The notes below the pieces were generated by a model, which did no database searches, was not told where the DNA came from, and saw only the letters and a program-made list of their open reading frames with translations. This document shows positions 49,601 through 61,558 of a DNA stretch of 64,000 bases, piece by piece (position 1 is the first letter of the stretch; every line of letters starts with the position of its first letter). The DNA comes from Oikopleura dioica (Eukaryota > Animalia > Chordata): the NCBI GenBank assembly GCA_907165135.1, contig OU015568.1, positions 3,968,001 to 4,032,000 on the forward strand, read 5' to 3'. The position numbers and the translations under genes are program-made.

Positions 49601-52600
49601 GCATCGACCAGGAGGTTGAAATTGGCTTCGATGATGACCTTCGCATCGATGAATTTCTGAACCTTCTTCTCAAGATCGGCTTTGTCAGCTTTCAGAGCTT
49701 CATTTTCATCCCTGAGAGTCTGAACAGCAGTTGCTAGGAGCTTGAAATTAGCCTCAACAATTATATTCGAATTGGTCAAATCGTTGATAGTCTGTTCCAA
49801 ATCAGAGTTAGCAGCTTTCAAGTCGTCGTTCTCCGCCTCAAGCTTTGCTTTTTCAGTCCTCAGAGCAGCATTTTCATCGAGAAGAGATTTCACAGCAGAT
49901 TCAAGGGTCTTGAAATTTGCTTCAATAATCGAGTTCGCATTCATAAATGCTTGAAGTTGGTTCTTCAAATAAGCGTTTTTAATTTCAAGCGCTTCTTTTT
50001 CTTCCTTCAGAGTAAGTGCCAGCTTCATGATCTGGTTGAAGTTCGACTCTAGAATGATTGTCGCGTCGTGCAAATTTTTGATTGATCCTTCTTGCTCTTG
50101 ACATTTGATGTTCACAGCTTCAAAACTGACAGTAAGGGCGTCGTAATCGTGTTCGAGAGCTGATTTTTCTTTTTTCAACTGATCTCGTTCTTTTTCGGTT
50201 TCTGCTAACTCTGATGCAAGTCGAGTGTTTTCATCAATTTTCTCTTGAATAGTGGAGTTGAGTTTGACAGCTTCAGATTCGAGTGAAGCAATTTTCGCGG
50301 TGTCCAACTCGACCTGGTGCTGGAGAATCTCATGTTCTTGATCCAATATCTTCTTCTCTTTTTCAAGAGATGAATAGTTTTGCTGAAGATCGAGTTTTTC
50401 TTGCCTCAACGATTTCACCACACTAGCCAAGATCTTGAAATTGGCTTCGATAACAGCATTGGCTTTTGAAAAATCCTCAAATTGACTTTCAAGGTCTGCT
50501 TTTTCGATCTTCAGTGCGTTATTTTCATCATAAAGAGAATTGACAGCATCGACTAAAAGACTGAAATTGGCGTCGATGATAATCTGCGCGTTGTTTCGGT
50601 CTTCCAGTTGTTTCTCAAGATCAGCTTTCGCTGTTTTGAGAGCGTCATTATAATCGCGTAGGGCTTGAACAGCACTGGCGAGAATTTTGAAATTCGCTTC
50701 AATGATCTTATTCGCGTTTGATAAATCGAGAATCTTTTGATGCAAATCAGAGTTTGTAGCGTGAAGTTCATCGTTTTCTGCCTGAAGCATTTTGTAGGAC
50801 GTTGTCAAGTCGCTTAGATTCTTCTGAAGATTAACATTATCATTCTTTAAAGTTGTGTTTTCGTCAAGAAGCGATTTTACAGCTGATTCGAGAATCCTCA
50901 AATTCGCCTCCATGATGATGTTCGCATCGTCCATATTCTTGATCAGTTCTTCTTGTTGTTCACATTTGGCATTAACAGCTTCAAAACTCACAGTAAGAGC
51001 ATCAAACTTGTGTTCAAGGGCGATTTTTTCGTTTTCAAATAGATCTCGTTCTCGTTGCGTCTTCTTCAAGTCGGATCCAAGTCGAGTGATTTCACCAGCC
51101 ATTTCTTGGATTATTGAATTGCGTTCGACGGCTTCAGATTCAAGAGTGGCAATCGTCACGGTGTCAAAATCAACCTGTTTCTGAAGAATTGTGTATTCTT
51201 GGTCCAAGATTTTCTTTTCTTTCTCAAGAGATGCGTAGTCCGACTCCAGCTGTGCTTTTTCTCCCTTGAGATCAGAAATTTGCTTGAGAAAGGTAGAAAC
51301 ATGACCGACAAGTAGATTCACATTTGCTTCTATAACTTTGCTCAGGTTTTCAAAGTTTTCTAGAGCCAGATCGGCTTCTGCCTTTTCTTTTGCAAGAACA
51401 GCCTTTTCGGCTTCAGATTGTTTCAGCGAGTTCTTGAGGTTCGCGTTATCAACGACGAGATTTTTTAATTCCTTATCAAGCGCTGCGATTTGATCTGCCA
51501 TTTCTTGCTTTTTGATTTTGTCCGATTCAACTGTCGATTTTAAGTTTTCAGTCTCTTCCGTCAGTTTTTCGATGTTTGCCGTTAAAACCAAATTTGCATC
51601 GTTGAGATTTTTCTTCTCCGTTTCAAGCTGGTCGATGATGGAGTCTTTGTTCTTGATTTCATTTTGAAGATCATCAACTGTTGTTCGGAGAGCATTGACA
51701 AGAGTTAAGACAAGCTTGAAATTGGCCTCGATGAAGACATTGGCGTTTTTGAGATTGCCATTATCCCTTTCCAATTTCTCCGCTTGCTCTTTTTTAACTT
51801 CAAAGGCGACTGTCATTTCATTGAGCTTATGCTCAAGATCATCCTTCAAAGAAGTCAAGGCAGCATTTTCAGCAACTGATTTAGCGAGGGAATCGTCCAC
51901 CATGCCTTTCGCTTTGCTTAGACTCGTAAGGTTTGCATTGAGGGAGGAAACTTGGTCTTCAAGATCGTTGATTTTCTGGGTGTCGCGGAGGAGGTTTTCT
52001 TGAAGAATGTGATACTCTTGTTCGAGAATCTTCTTGGATTTGCTGACTTCGTTGAATTTTGCGTTTGTTGCGGATAATTTAGTTCTATTCATGGATGTTC
52101 AAAGAGCTCATATTTGCCAGAAATTTCAAAAATTATCATTTTTTTACGAAAAAAAAAAAAATTTACATCCATGTTCCTAAGTGAAGAGATCTCTTCATCT
52201 TGTTTGACAATTTTTGTTTTCTGGGCGGAAGAAATGATCTTCAAAACTTCAAAATTCGCAGCAATTATGATAAAGGCTGAGTCCAAGTTGCTATTTTGCT
52301 CCTTCAACTCACCATAAAGGTTCTTCAATTTGTTCTGGGCATATTTCAAACTGGCGATCTCTTCATTTTTATTGTTCAAAAGTCCATCTTTATCCTTGAT
52401 CTTTTGCTCGAGCAGGGATATTTTGGCTTTGAGTCTGTCGATTTCGGTGTTTTTCTGGGCGATAAGTTCGATTGCTTTATCTTTTCCATCGTGAAAAAAC
52501 TTGAGCTGGGCGGCTTGATCGTTTAGTTTTTGATTGAGGAGCTGTTGCTGTTGCTTGAGTGTTGCATTTTCGTTCTTTAACGCATCATTTTCAGCAATCT

Positions 52601-55364
52601 TGGAATTGATAATTTCCATTTTTTCCTTCAACTCATCTTCCTGTGCGGCAATAGTATCCCTTGCAGTCTTCAAGTCCTCGTCGAGATTCGCGCTTGCTAG
52701 TGACGCATTGGCCAAGTTGGTCGTTAAGTCGTCTTGAGAGGTTTAGTTATGAGAAAAAAGTTATGAATCATAACTTATGAATTGAGAAGAAGTTAAATCG
52801 TGAATGAGATGTTTTTCATGGAATTTGTGAATTTTTTGCGTAAATGCGTTGAATTTTTAAAACCCTTTCCTTGAAGCTTCTGAATTTCGTCGTTTTTGAG
52901 CTTGAGTTGACTTGCAAGATCATCATTTTCGGATCTAAAAAAATCATAACATTTGGTCAAATCAAAAATCAATAATTTAGCCAATCAAAAAGCTTCTTTG
53001 CTTTTAAAAAATGCAAATACTAACCTGAGTTGGAGATTTTCAGCTTTTGCATCGTCAAGTTCATTTTTCATTTTGTCCATGTCATACTTCATTCCATCAA
53101 GTAGCGCCTTGAGATCATCAATCTCCTGGCCTCTTTCTCGTACCTTCGTAGTAAGGGAGTCCATGTTGAACATGACGATGTCCAGAGCTTTGTCTTTTTC
53201 TATATTTTCGGATTTTAGCTTGTCGTTTTCTGCGTTCGAGTCGGCTAGTTGTTTTCGAAGATCAGCGAGGAGAGCATTTAGCTCGTCGATTTCTTCTTGT
53301 TTTTCGATGACGCTCATTTTGAGTCCGTAAATGTCTTCCGTAGGTTCATCTTGTTCGTTCTTGCTTTTGACGGTCTTAGCATCGAGTGGTGTTTTGAGAA
53401 TAATGTCGTTTTCCCATTGAAGATTGGTGATTTTCAAGTCCTTTGTGGCCAACTCGTCTTTCAATTGAGCGATGACAGCTTCAAGGTCCGCCAGTTCTTT
53501 ATTGGCATTGGCAAGTTTAGCATCGTGAATGGCGTTGTGGTTCTCCAAGTCGGCTTTTTCGGTCTTCAAGCGGTTGATTTGAGCACTTTGCGTGTCAACG
53601 TCCTTTTGAAGATCGTCAAAAGCGCCCTTGGCCGCGTCCAGATCAAATTGAATTTTGGCATTGAGTTCTTCTGAAGCCTTGAGCTGTTGTTTCAACTTCT
53701 CAAGCTCAGCAGACATGTCGATTCCATCGGTCGAGATATTCTTCGTTGATTTTGATTGTTTGCGCTCGTCCAAAATGGAAATGAAGCAACGAGCACCTTC
53801 TCGGCGGATTTTGCCGCCGTTGACATCATGGAAGACTCAACCGGATTTTCAAGATTTTAGGGACAATGTTATTCTTTTAATTGATTCTGGATCCGGGCCT
53901 AATATTATTTGGTCAATTTCTTCGCACTCAACTTTGCTTCGTTTGTGATTGATGCTCAAGGAAGAAGTAAAATCGTCGATGATGTCTTCAATCTGACCAG
54001 CAGGATTCACAAACATCAAACAAGTGAAATTTAACTAGCTCAACTATAAAAATCATAAATGATAAAGAATCATGCGTGATTATGCTGGTTCGTCTGGGTT
54101 TATCGTTATTTATGAGTTTGTGAATCCTAGCGAAATTGTCGTCTGTCCGCGTTTGTGGCCCGTTGGTACTATGATCTCACCTTTTTGAAGGTCAGAGTCG
54201 TTTCAAGGGAAGTTATTAACAAATACGTATAGCGCTACTACCTATTCAACTATTAAAAATTCGACCTCCATTCCTTTCCATCGTTGATATTTCGCCATGT
54301 TCGTTGCAATTTCAACGTGCCAAAAGGCTGTTACATCGTGATCAACGATCTTGTCAGTGACAGCACTGATGCTAAGGGATTGCCCGTGGCGGATCGAAGT
54401 AAGGACTCGATTCCACGAGACGCGGGGGACATCTTCAGAGATGGAGGCCACTAAAAATCAATTATTTTTTGAATAGTCAAAAGAACTGTCAAGCTACTCA
54501 GGTTTCTACTTAGTCTAAAAAACTTCTTTCTACTTTAAACATCCATAAGAAGATGACTCATATTTTAAGGAATTCTCAAAATATAAGAATTAATTTTTTT
54601 TAACTTACACTTAAGTTTTTTGATCTTTCTATCTGAAAAAAAAGCATATAAAAAGAACTAAAACTGTCGTTCTCAAATCAAAATTATGCTGAATTCACAA
54701 TTCATCGCAGTAAAAAGTACCTGAAGAGACCGAGGGCGTCCTTCGCAAGTGATAAATCTCCGAGCTTCCACTCGAGCTCCGCCGTATTTTTCGTCGTTCG
54801 GGAGTTAGCTGCGCGCTTGTCTTGCCATCCACGTGTATGATTTCATCACTTCCGGCGGCGCTTTTTCGTCTAGAAGTAGCTTGGTATCCGGCTTGATATT
54901 GAACCGACTCTTTTTGGATATTGAAGACGACAGCATCATTCGTTTTCGGGGTCTGTGGCTTGCGTCTCACCACTTGGGAACTGTTGAAGACTAAAAAAGT
55001 GCATTTTAGACTACTACTTTCGACTACGACCAGTTACCCCGGAGACTATTCCGCCACTCCCGCTGACTTGAATCTTAACAATTTATGATTTGTTTTTTAG
55101 TCGGGCGGACGAAAATCGTAAATGTGAGATTAGGGTGCTGATTCGCTTCCGTGAGCTGATAACTTATCAGTGATAAGTTAGACTTTTTGCAAAATAATCA
55201 AAAATTTGACAGAAAAATTAATTTTCCAAAAAACCGATTTGGTAGCCTTTATGTCGATCATACGATTAATAATGACTTGCTAGTTGCTACAGAGTTGAAT
55301 TTTCTCAAATAAAAAGACTCTTACGTGAATCATCTCTTCCAGTGGGCGGATCTCCCTCCACCAT
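37669..55364 (-). CDS. Giant coiled-coil protein (over 4000 aa rod) with Calx-beta-like domains at both ends; 5' end uncertain; local frame disruptions
   Basis: ORFs 52985-53773, 52089-52715, 42751-52092 (3113 aa), 41624-42589, 41320-41664, 39705-40508 and 39312-39617 join into a continuous heptad sequence. C-terminal exons (VIFDTPDISVNLEETKLDFQLARTGD; VRVRRRGSIG...TQDGSAQEGRDF...GKIRFGPTDVYKDLSL) and N-terminal exons (GEIIVPTG; KRITLSL...VNGGKI...FISILDE) resemble Calx-beta. Confidence 0.75.
40651..41311. repeat. Near-perfect foldback: 311-bp arms with a 39-nt spacer, in an intron of the giant gene
   Basis: Arms 40651-40961 and 41001-41311; I see only 2 mismatches. The ORF track shows identical 64-aa ORFs on opposite strands (40651-40845 +, 41117-41311 -). 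Confidence 0.95.
43080..43760 (-). repeat. Coding tandem repeat, 126-bp (42-aa) unit, most homogeneous block
   Basis: Recurring ANFDLV..EVD.LNK.I..LTAERDAA..LNASLTDAN; 42 residues from one ANF to the next. Confidence 0.9.
49190..49760 (-). repeat. Second homogeneous block of the 126-bp coding repeat
   Basis: Recurring AKIVIEANF.(I/L)LVDAVKSLR.EN..LK..K..LEK. Confidence 0.88.
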
Positions 55365-57624
55365 TTTGGCTCTTGAAAGGCGTTTTGCTCCTTTCTATCC
55401 GAGTATTTATCTCAATGCGATTCTTTTCAAAGAAGGGCTTCGTTGAATGAGAAGTCAGATCGCTGGATGGGTGGCTTCGACCAAGTTTTACGATCTATGT
55501 TAGTTTTTTTTGACGACGCGGGTACGTGCTCGGTTCATCATTTCTCATTTCTGTTTCCTCTGCTCCAGATTTTTTTGATGATGCTTTTCTTTTGAAGATT
55601 TTTAATGAAGTATTAATCGATTTCTTATTTAGTGACCCTTATAATGGATTAAGAAATCGCGAGGATTTTATTTTTAGAAATCATAAAGGATTAACAAAGA
55701 ATAAATGTATATATATTTTTACAGATAAGGATCCTTGTATGAACATATTAATACTTATTATGACCTTTGGTTCTGAGCATCATGCAGAAGTTTATTTATT
55801 GAATAACGAAAAACAGAAACGTAAGTACGAGTTCGCCAGTTATGAGCACCATAAATCAGCTCAGCTGCTCGTTTAGACGGAGATTAATCAAGCTTAGCTT
55901 TGTCGACAGATATTGCAAAAAATAACGACATTTTTTAAAATACCGTTCATATTTTTGAGATGGAAAACATAGAGTCAGTTGCAAATCGATAGCTAGAAAT
56001 TCCCAAATTGCAAAAGGGCGTTTTACAATCAATCGATTCTGGATTCAAAGGATTAAGTCCAGATGCAGGCCAAAATCTTCAAAGTCCAAAAAAAATTTGG
56101 ATCAGACAGTACTTCACTCAAGAAATAAAAAGACAAGAAAGTCGACAAGCATTCAAAATAAATTTTAAATGATTTCATGTACTCAAAATCGAACAGACTT
56201 CTTTGACATCAGCGCCGCCACTAAGTCCGTCTCAGCATATAATATGAACAAGATTGACGCGTTCTAATATATAATTTTCCAGATTATAGTTGATAATACG
56301 AAAAAATCAATGGCGCGAGCTACTAGTCCGACCCGTCTAAAACTTCTTGACGCGAGGATTCCGATCAATGCGACAAAGTAGTAGGAAAGTAGCTTGTTTG
56401 CGTCATATTTCCACTACTTAATCTTTCCCCAAAGGAATTTGAGTCTTCAAGATGGAAATAAAGAAAGCTCGAGTTTTGAGACCGAAGTCTATCCGCCAGA
56501 CAGCTGAGAAAGTGGCCTCGTTCTCCTTTTTGTTTGCAATCCCGAAAATAACGAAATAAGAATGTTGGGCTTCAAGCATCGTTGTTTTGATGATCTGTCT
56601 GGACTCAAGGAAAAACGATTTTTGGCCTTCTTGATTTTCAAAATTTGGAAAACATGTTTTCCTGATTATTCCAAAAAAAAAATTCATTCTTTCTTGATTT
56701 CGACCTGTCCATAATTTTTGTTTGACAAACACTCATGATTACTGAAATCGGCCTTTTCAAGAAGTTCTTCTTCAGCTGCCCCGATTTTCCGCAAGTCAGA
56801 GTCACGGGAAAGCGCGCATGATTGAAGAAGGTCAGTTGGAAATTCGCAAAACGAAAAAGTCAGGCTGAGCGAGTAAGATCCGGGAGATCAGCTGTCCCAG
56901 CTTCGGTCACGAGCTCCGAGCGCGGACAAAGCAATCGCCAATTTTGATCAAAACAATGCGGCATTTGCCACTCTGGATAAATAAGAAGCAGCAGCATCGA
57001 AGCTCGAAAAAGAAAAGCTCGAAAATATGTTTTTGGACCAATTTAAATCTTCAAGCAACAGATTTCAATTTTCCAAATTGAAATTTGATGAAGGCTTTTT
57101 GTCTCGATCTCCAAAGCGTTTATTTTTCTGTTTGAATTTCTCAAAAAGACACCGGGAAAATAGATAGGGTCTAAAACTCACGACACAAAGTCTAAGAAAA
57201 ACAACCTGGGCGGTATACTTTTTGACGTAATCGCTTATTCTAGTACCTAGACATTTTTTCAGACGAGTCAACAAAAGTTGCTCAAGACAAAAATTAGCCT
57301 CCTGTTCAATCCGAGCAACGAAAAAAAAAGAAGAAATATGGCCTGATTGGAATCGCCAATTAGTGTTTTGGTACTAGACAAAAGTCACAACAGCAGCACT
57401 TGACAGGGCTCCGTCGTAGGGTCCCTTCAGCCCTTAGGGGAAAGTAAGAGACTGGCGATAAAAAAGTTACTTACGGAGAAGCAAGAAGCAGGTGTCTTTT
57501 CCATTTGATGAAGAAATAGACTCAATAGCCCCCGATTCAATTAAAAGTTGGCGAAAATCATCATTGCTTTTTGCCAAATGAGAGCAGTTTTGTAGCATTT
57601 TCGATGCTCATATAAGGTTCTTAA

Positions 57625-57756
57625 CCCGTTAACAGGGTGGTCGATTTCGCCTACGCTTTTGCCTGTCGATGATTGAGTGAAATCAAGGATCCGAGGTTGT
57701 GATTGGCTACCCGTTTCCACGCGTGCAGGTCAAACCTGCACGCCCCTGTTAACGGG
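57625..57756. mobile_element. 132-bp piggyBac-like MITE with TTAA target duplication
   Basis: TTAA|CCCGTTAACAGGG ... CCCTGTTAACGGG|TTAA (13-bp perfect TIR); internal hairpin GCGTGCAGGT-caa-ACCTGCACGC at 57721-57743. Confidence 0.85.
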
Positions 57757-58971
57757 TTAAATTTGAAAATATGTTTGATCAATATTATTATACAGTAAAA
57801 GCCTTTAAAAAGCTGCTTTTGGCGGGTAGACAACCAAGTGACGCTTTAAAAAGCATCCAGACGAATATGTTTAGATAAAGAGGCTCTTAATTCGCTGCGA
57901 ATTAATAGTTTATTTATCTCCGGGCGAGATACGCGGTTTTGAGAATTTCATCGCGACATGATTATACCGCGAATTTAAAGAATTTAAAGATTTCGGCCTT
58001 TAAAATTAAGGTTTTGTTTAAAAAATATGTTTGAGAGTTGTCGGGTTTAAGGCCGTTCAAAAATATTGAATGCATCGAAGGTTTCAAATTCAAAGAAAAT
58101 GCACGCTAAAAATTAAATAACAGAAAACTAGAATCCGGCAATTTGTGTATTTCCTAAACCGTCGCGTGAAAGCATCTTTTCCGCTTCGTATTGTATTCAA
58201 AATAGTCCCTTGAAACGCCTCCTGAATTTCCCACAAGCGGCCTCTTCTTTTTATTACGAATAGTAGGTGGCGCTGTGCGACGCGCGCAATTTGAAAAGTC
58301 GTTTTTGCGCGCTTTCGGGATTTTCTGTTGAGACGAATTATCCGATCGATCGGCGTATTTTGACGGAAATCCGCAAATTGATTAAATTTACTCACGCCGA
58401 AAGCGTAAAATAGCTGGGCTTCCGTTTGATCAGAAAAGAAAGGGATGAACGGATAAGCTGTTTAATGCTTCGAAGATTTTCAATGAAAAATTTGTTTCTT
58501 TTTCTTCAAAATTTCATGATAAAATTAACATCGCCGACTAGTTATGCAATAAAAATTATAAAGTTGTTGGTCACGTGATAAACTCTTTTCGCCTCTTGAA
58601 ACCGAGGGACAATTAATTCCCGCTTAGCTTCTTTAAAACCCCCTCTTCTTCTCTACTCGAAAAGTAGAGCATCAAAAGCCTCTTGATCCACTCGAAGATT
58701 CAAAAACCTTCCAAATCCGTCTCCTTCTGAGCTAACTCCTCCCGTGACCAAGCTTTTATTCGGGCAGAAAAAAAACCTAAGTTCATTTTTCTGACGTCAG
58801 TTTTTTTTGCCAAAGTTTAAAACTTCTTATTTTCGATTGGGTTTATTTGGAGGACGCGGTATAGCGTCAAATAAAAATATCAACTCTCCACAATTTGTTG
58901 AGGATTAAGTTTTTTTTTCGACAAGTCAGCAAGTTTAAATACTAAGATGGAATTAATATTTATTAGTTCAG

Positions 58972-59158
58972 GTTTCCCCAAAGATTTTCTGAAAATTATT
59001 ATTATCATTGTGACACCCTTATCTTTTTAACAGCTGAAAAGCTCAAAGATGATTCCTTACTCTAGTATTTATAATTTTAAGTTTCTACAAAGATTTTCTC
59101 AAAATTTATTTTATCAAAGTGACACCCTTATTTTAATAAGCAAATAGAAAGCTCAAAG
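58972..59158. repeat. Diverged tandem duplication, unit about 109 bp
   Basis: caaagattttct..gtgacacccttat..aaagctcaaag occurs at about 58979 and 59088. Confidence 0.7.
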
Positions 59159-59670
59159 GGTAAACCCCTACAATAGCACTCTTACTAGCATTATTTTACT
59201 AAAATTTCATTCAAAAAAGGGCTTTTTTACTTCAAGAAAAGGCTAAAATCGCCGGCGATAGGTCAAAAAAGACCCTTTTTTCGCATGAACTGTGACAGCC
59301 GATTTTGATTGACACGGGAGAGTTGATTTCGTAAGCTGGCCGCTAATAAACCCTCGTGACGTTTCGCTGTTTTATGAGCACATATTTATAAAAACCGACT
59401 GATGCTTATTTGTACGCTTTGAAGGCGAATCGACATGATTGTAAATAAATCATGAGCCAAAAAAGGGGTCCATAAACGTGTCAGTTCATTTTCTTGGCAA
59501 TCAAATTTAACAAAGATTGTAATCAATGACTTTCATTCGTTAATTCTTCATTTTTGGAAAGCATAAAAAAGGACAACTCCAGCGCAAATTTTGATAGATC
59601 GACCTAAGCATTTTTTTCGTTCCAAGTTGGTTCTTATTACTTTTTTTATTCTCAGTTCAAATTGGAATTT

Positions 59671-60138
59671 TTACCCCTTATCTTCTTGTTTCTTGGCCGC
59701 TTTTTTGTTTTGGTAAAATTTTCTTATTTCGTCAAAAAGGAACAAAAACACCTTATCTACGACCAATATGTACCCAAAACACGCACCTGGAAATGAAAAG
59801 AATGATATTATCCCCATTGAAAAAGAGAATTGTCTGCTGGACAAAATGGCTGTCTGCCAGACCGCAAAAACATCTGTTCCGCAGGTACATGCCTTAGCAA
59901 GTACCTTGTCTAAAAGAAGCTCCATTGATTAGCGGAAAATGGCATGTACCAGGAATTGTAAGAAGCTCTCCCCCGGGGGCATGGCAGTAGTCAAAAAGTC
60001 ATGCGGGAAATAAAATTTGACAGGCTCAAATTTGAAATTTGCCTCCCACATTTTTCTTCTGTTTGAGTGTTCTATTTTGTCCGTCGCTATAGAAATGACT
60101 TGGTAGCATATGAATACAATGCTAGTCATGCTTCTCAC
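59671..60138 (-). other. Two same-frame hydrophobic ORFs separated by one stop; possible membrane-protein exon(s) or gene remnant
   Basis: 59929-60138 and 59671-59925 are in one frame, split by TAA; ends VFLFLFDEIRKFYQNKK. Confidence 0.25.
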
Positions 60139-61558
60139 ATGATCCCTGAACTGGAATTTTTACTGATTCAGAAATTTCACGTGAGTGAATAAATTTATGC
60201 GAACAATTAATGGTTTCTCTGAGCAAACAAGGAAGGAGCGGACTTGAATAGGACCGAAAATCGAGGAGAATTTATGAATAGAAGGCTTCAAATCTTGTTA
60301 TATAATTTCTTACTCGGATTTCCAAGGCTTTTTCGCGTTATGAACTCTGAAAATAGACAATTTAGGGCCTGAATTTCCGAAAATCGACAATTTAGGACAT
60401 TCAAACCCGTTCCATTTAACACTGGGTTAGGGCTACTGTACTTAATTTTAAGCATATTTAAATTTATTCTGGATCGATTTCTTAGAACCCAACTAAGGCG
60501 CCTTCAAGCTTCGTGTTCTACCTCGCCTCGGGGGTGTGAGAGCGTCTGTGATCCGCCCTGTTTTACTCGCTGCTCTAATCGATCTTCGTTTATTTCTTAA
60601 TGCATTTTTCGAGCAATTATTGCATGCTTGATTGGCAATTTTAAATTTGATTGCTTTTATTGCAACTGACAGGACACGACTGCGTTTTCATCCAAAAAAA
60701 TGAAACATTGTAATTAGAAATTGTTCCAAAATCAACCCTACCTTTCGCAATCAAACGCTTTAGATTCGAGTCGAAAAAGATATTATGAAGCAATTTTTAA
60801 ATTAAAATCTGTCATTTGGATAATTACCGCACATCTGCTCGGTCAATTCCGTATTTTTTCTCATCAAGAATTTTTTTTTCGTGAATAAAAATGAAAAATT
60901 CACGATTTGAATTGAATTAGACAGCAAAATAGACAGTAAAGTCTAAATTTTCATGATTATGATAATTAATGTAATTTAGACTTTATTGTCAGTTTTGTCC
61001 CAATTATGAATATGGTGCATGTCAATCTTTCTTCAGATCGATCTGATAGAGAGAGAACCTTCTTATCAGAATTAATTTGGTGCCTTGGCCTGGCACCGAA
61101 AATGCTCCGCGCGGTGGTGGTGTGTTTTGAGTGCAACACTGGGTGCGGTAAGAGTGTAGTAGAGCTACTACACCGTCCAATCGTAGTGGGCCCCTTCACA
61201 TGACCAGCAGTGACCAGCAGTGTAGTGACGTGAGCGCCCAGTGGCGTACGTGCTCTGCTGCTCGTCTCCGTGTTGGATACGCGGCCGAGCGGTGGCGCTG
61301 GCGAGCTACGAGCACCCAGCCGCACGGGCAGGTTAAATTCTTCGCACAAAAACTCCTCTTCTCATTCATCACGAAATACCACTCTACTACGAGTCCCCTC
61401 CTTTTTTTACAAAAAGAAATCTTCGAGAGCCAGAGTTGCAATCATCGCTAGAACAATCGAAAATCGAAAAAGAAGAAACAATTATTTTCCTAAAACGAGC
61501 TTCAACAAGCTTCCTAAATAAGAGACTTCAAAGAAAAAAGAAACAGAATACGATCACA

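Noticed and set aside
42751-52092. Bacterial-style reading as an SMC, M-protein or tape-measure gene, or a prokaryotic origin of the window
   Set aside because: Spliceosomal introns, claudin, crumbs and a eukaryotic tRNA show animal DNA; no ATPase motifs or phage genes were seen
43028-53674. Long plus-strand ORFs opposite the giant gene (e.g. 43028-43900, 290 aa; 44437-45003; 49279-49737)
   Set aside because: Antisense shadows of a repetitive coiled-coil CDS; rich in Ser/Leu/Phe and mirroring the 42-aa repeat
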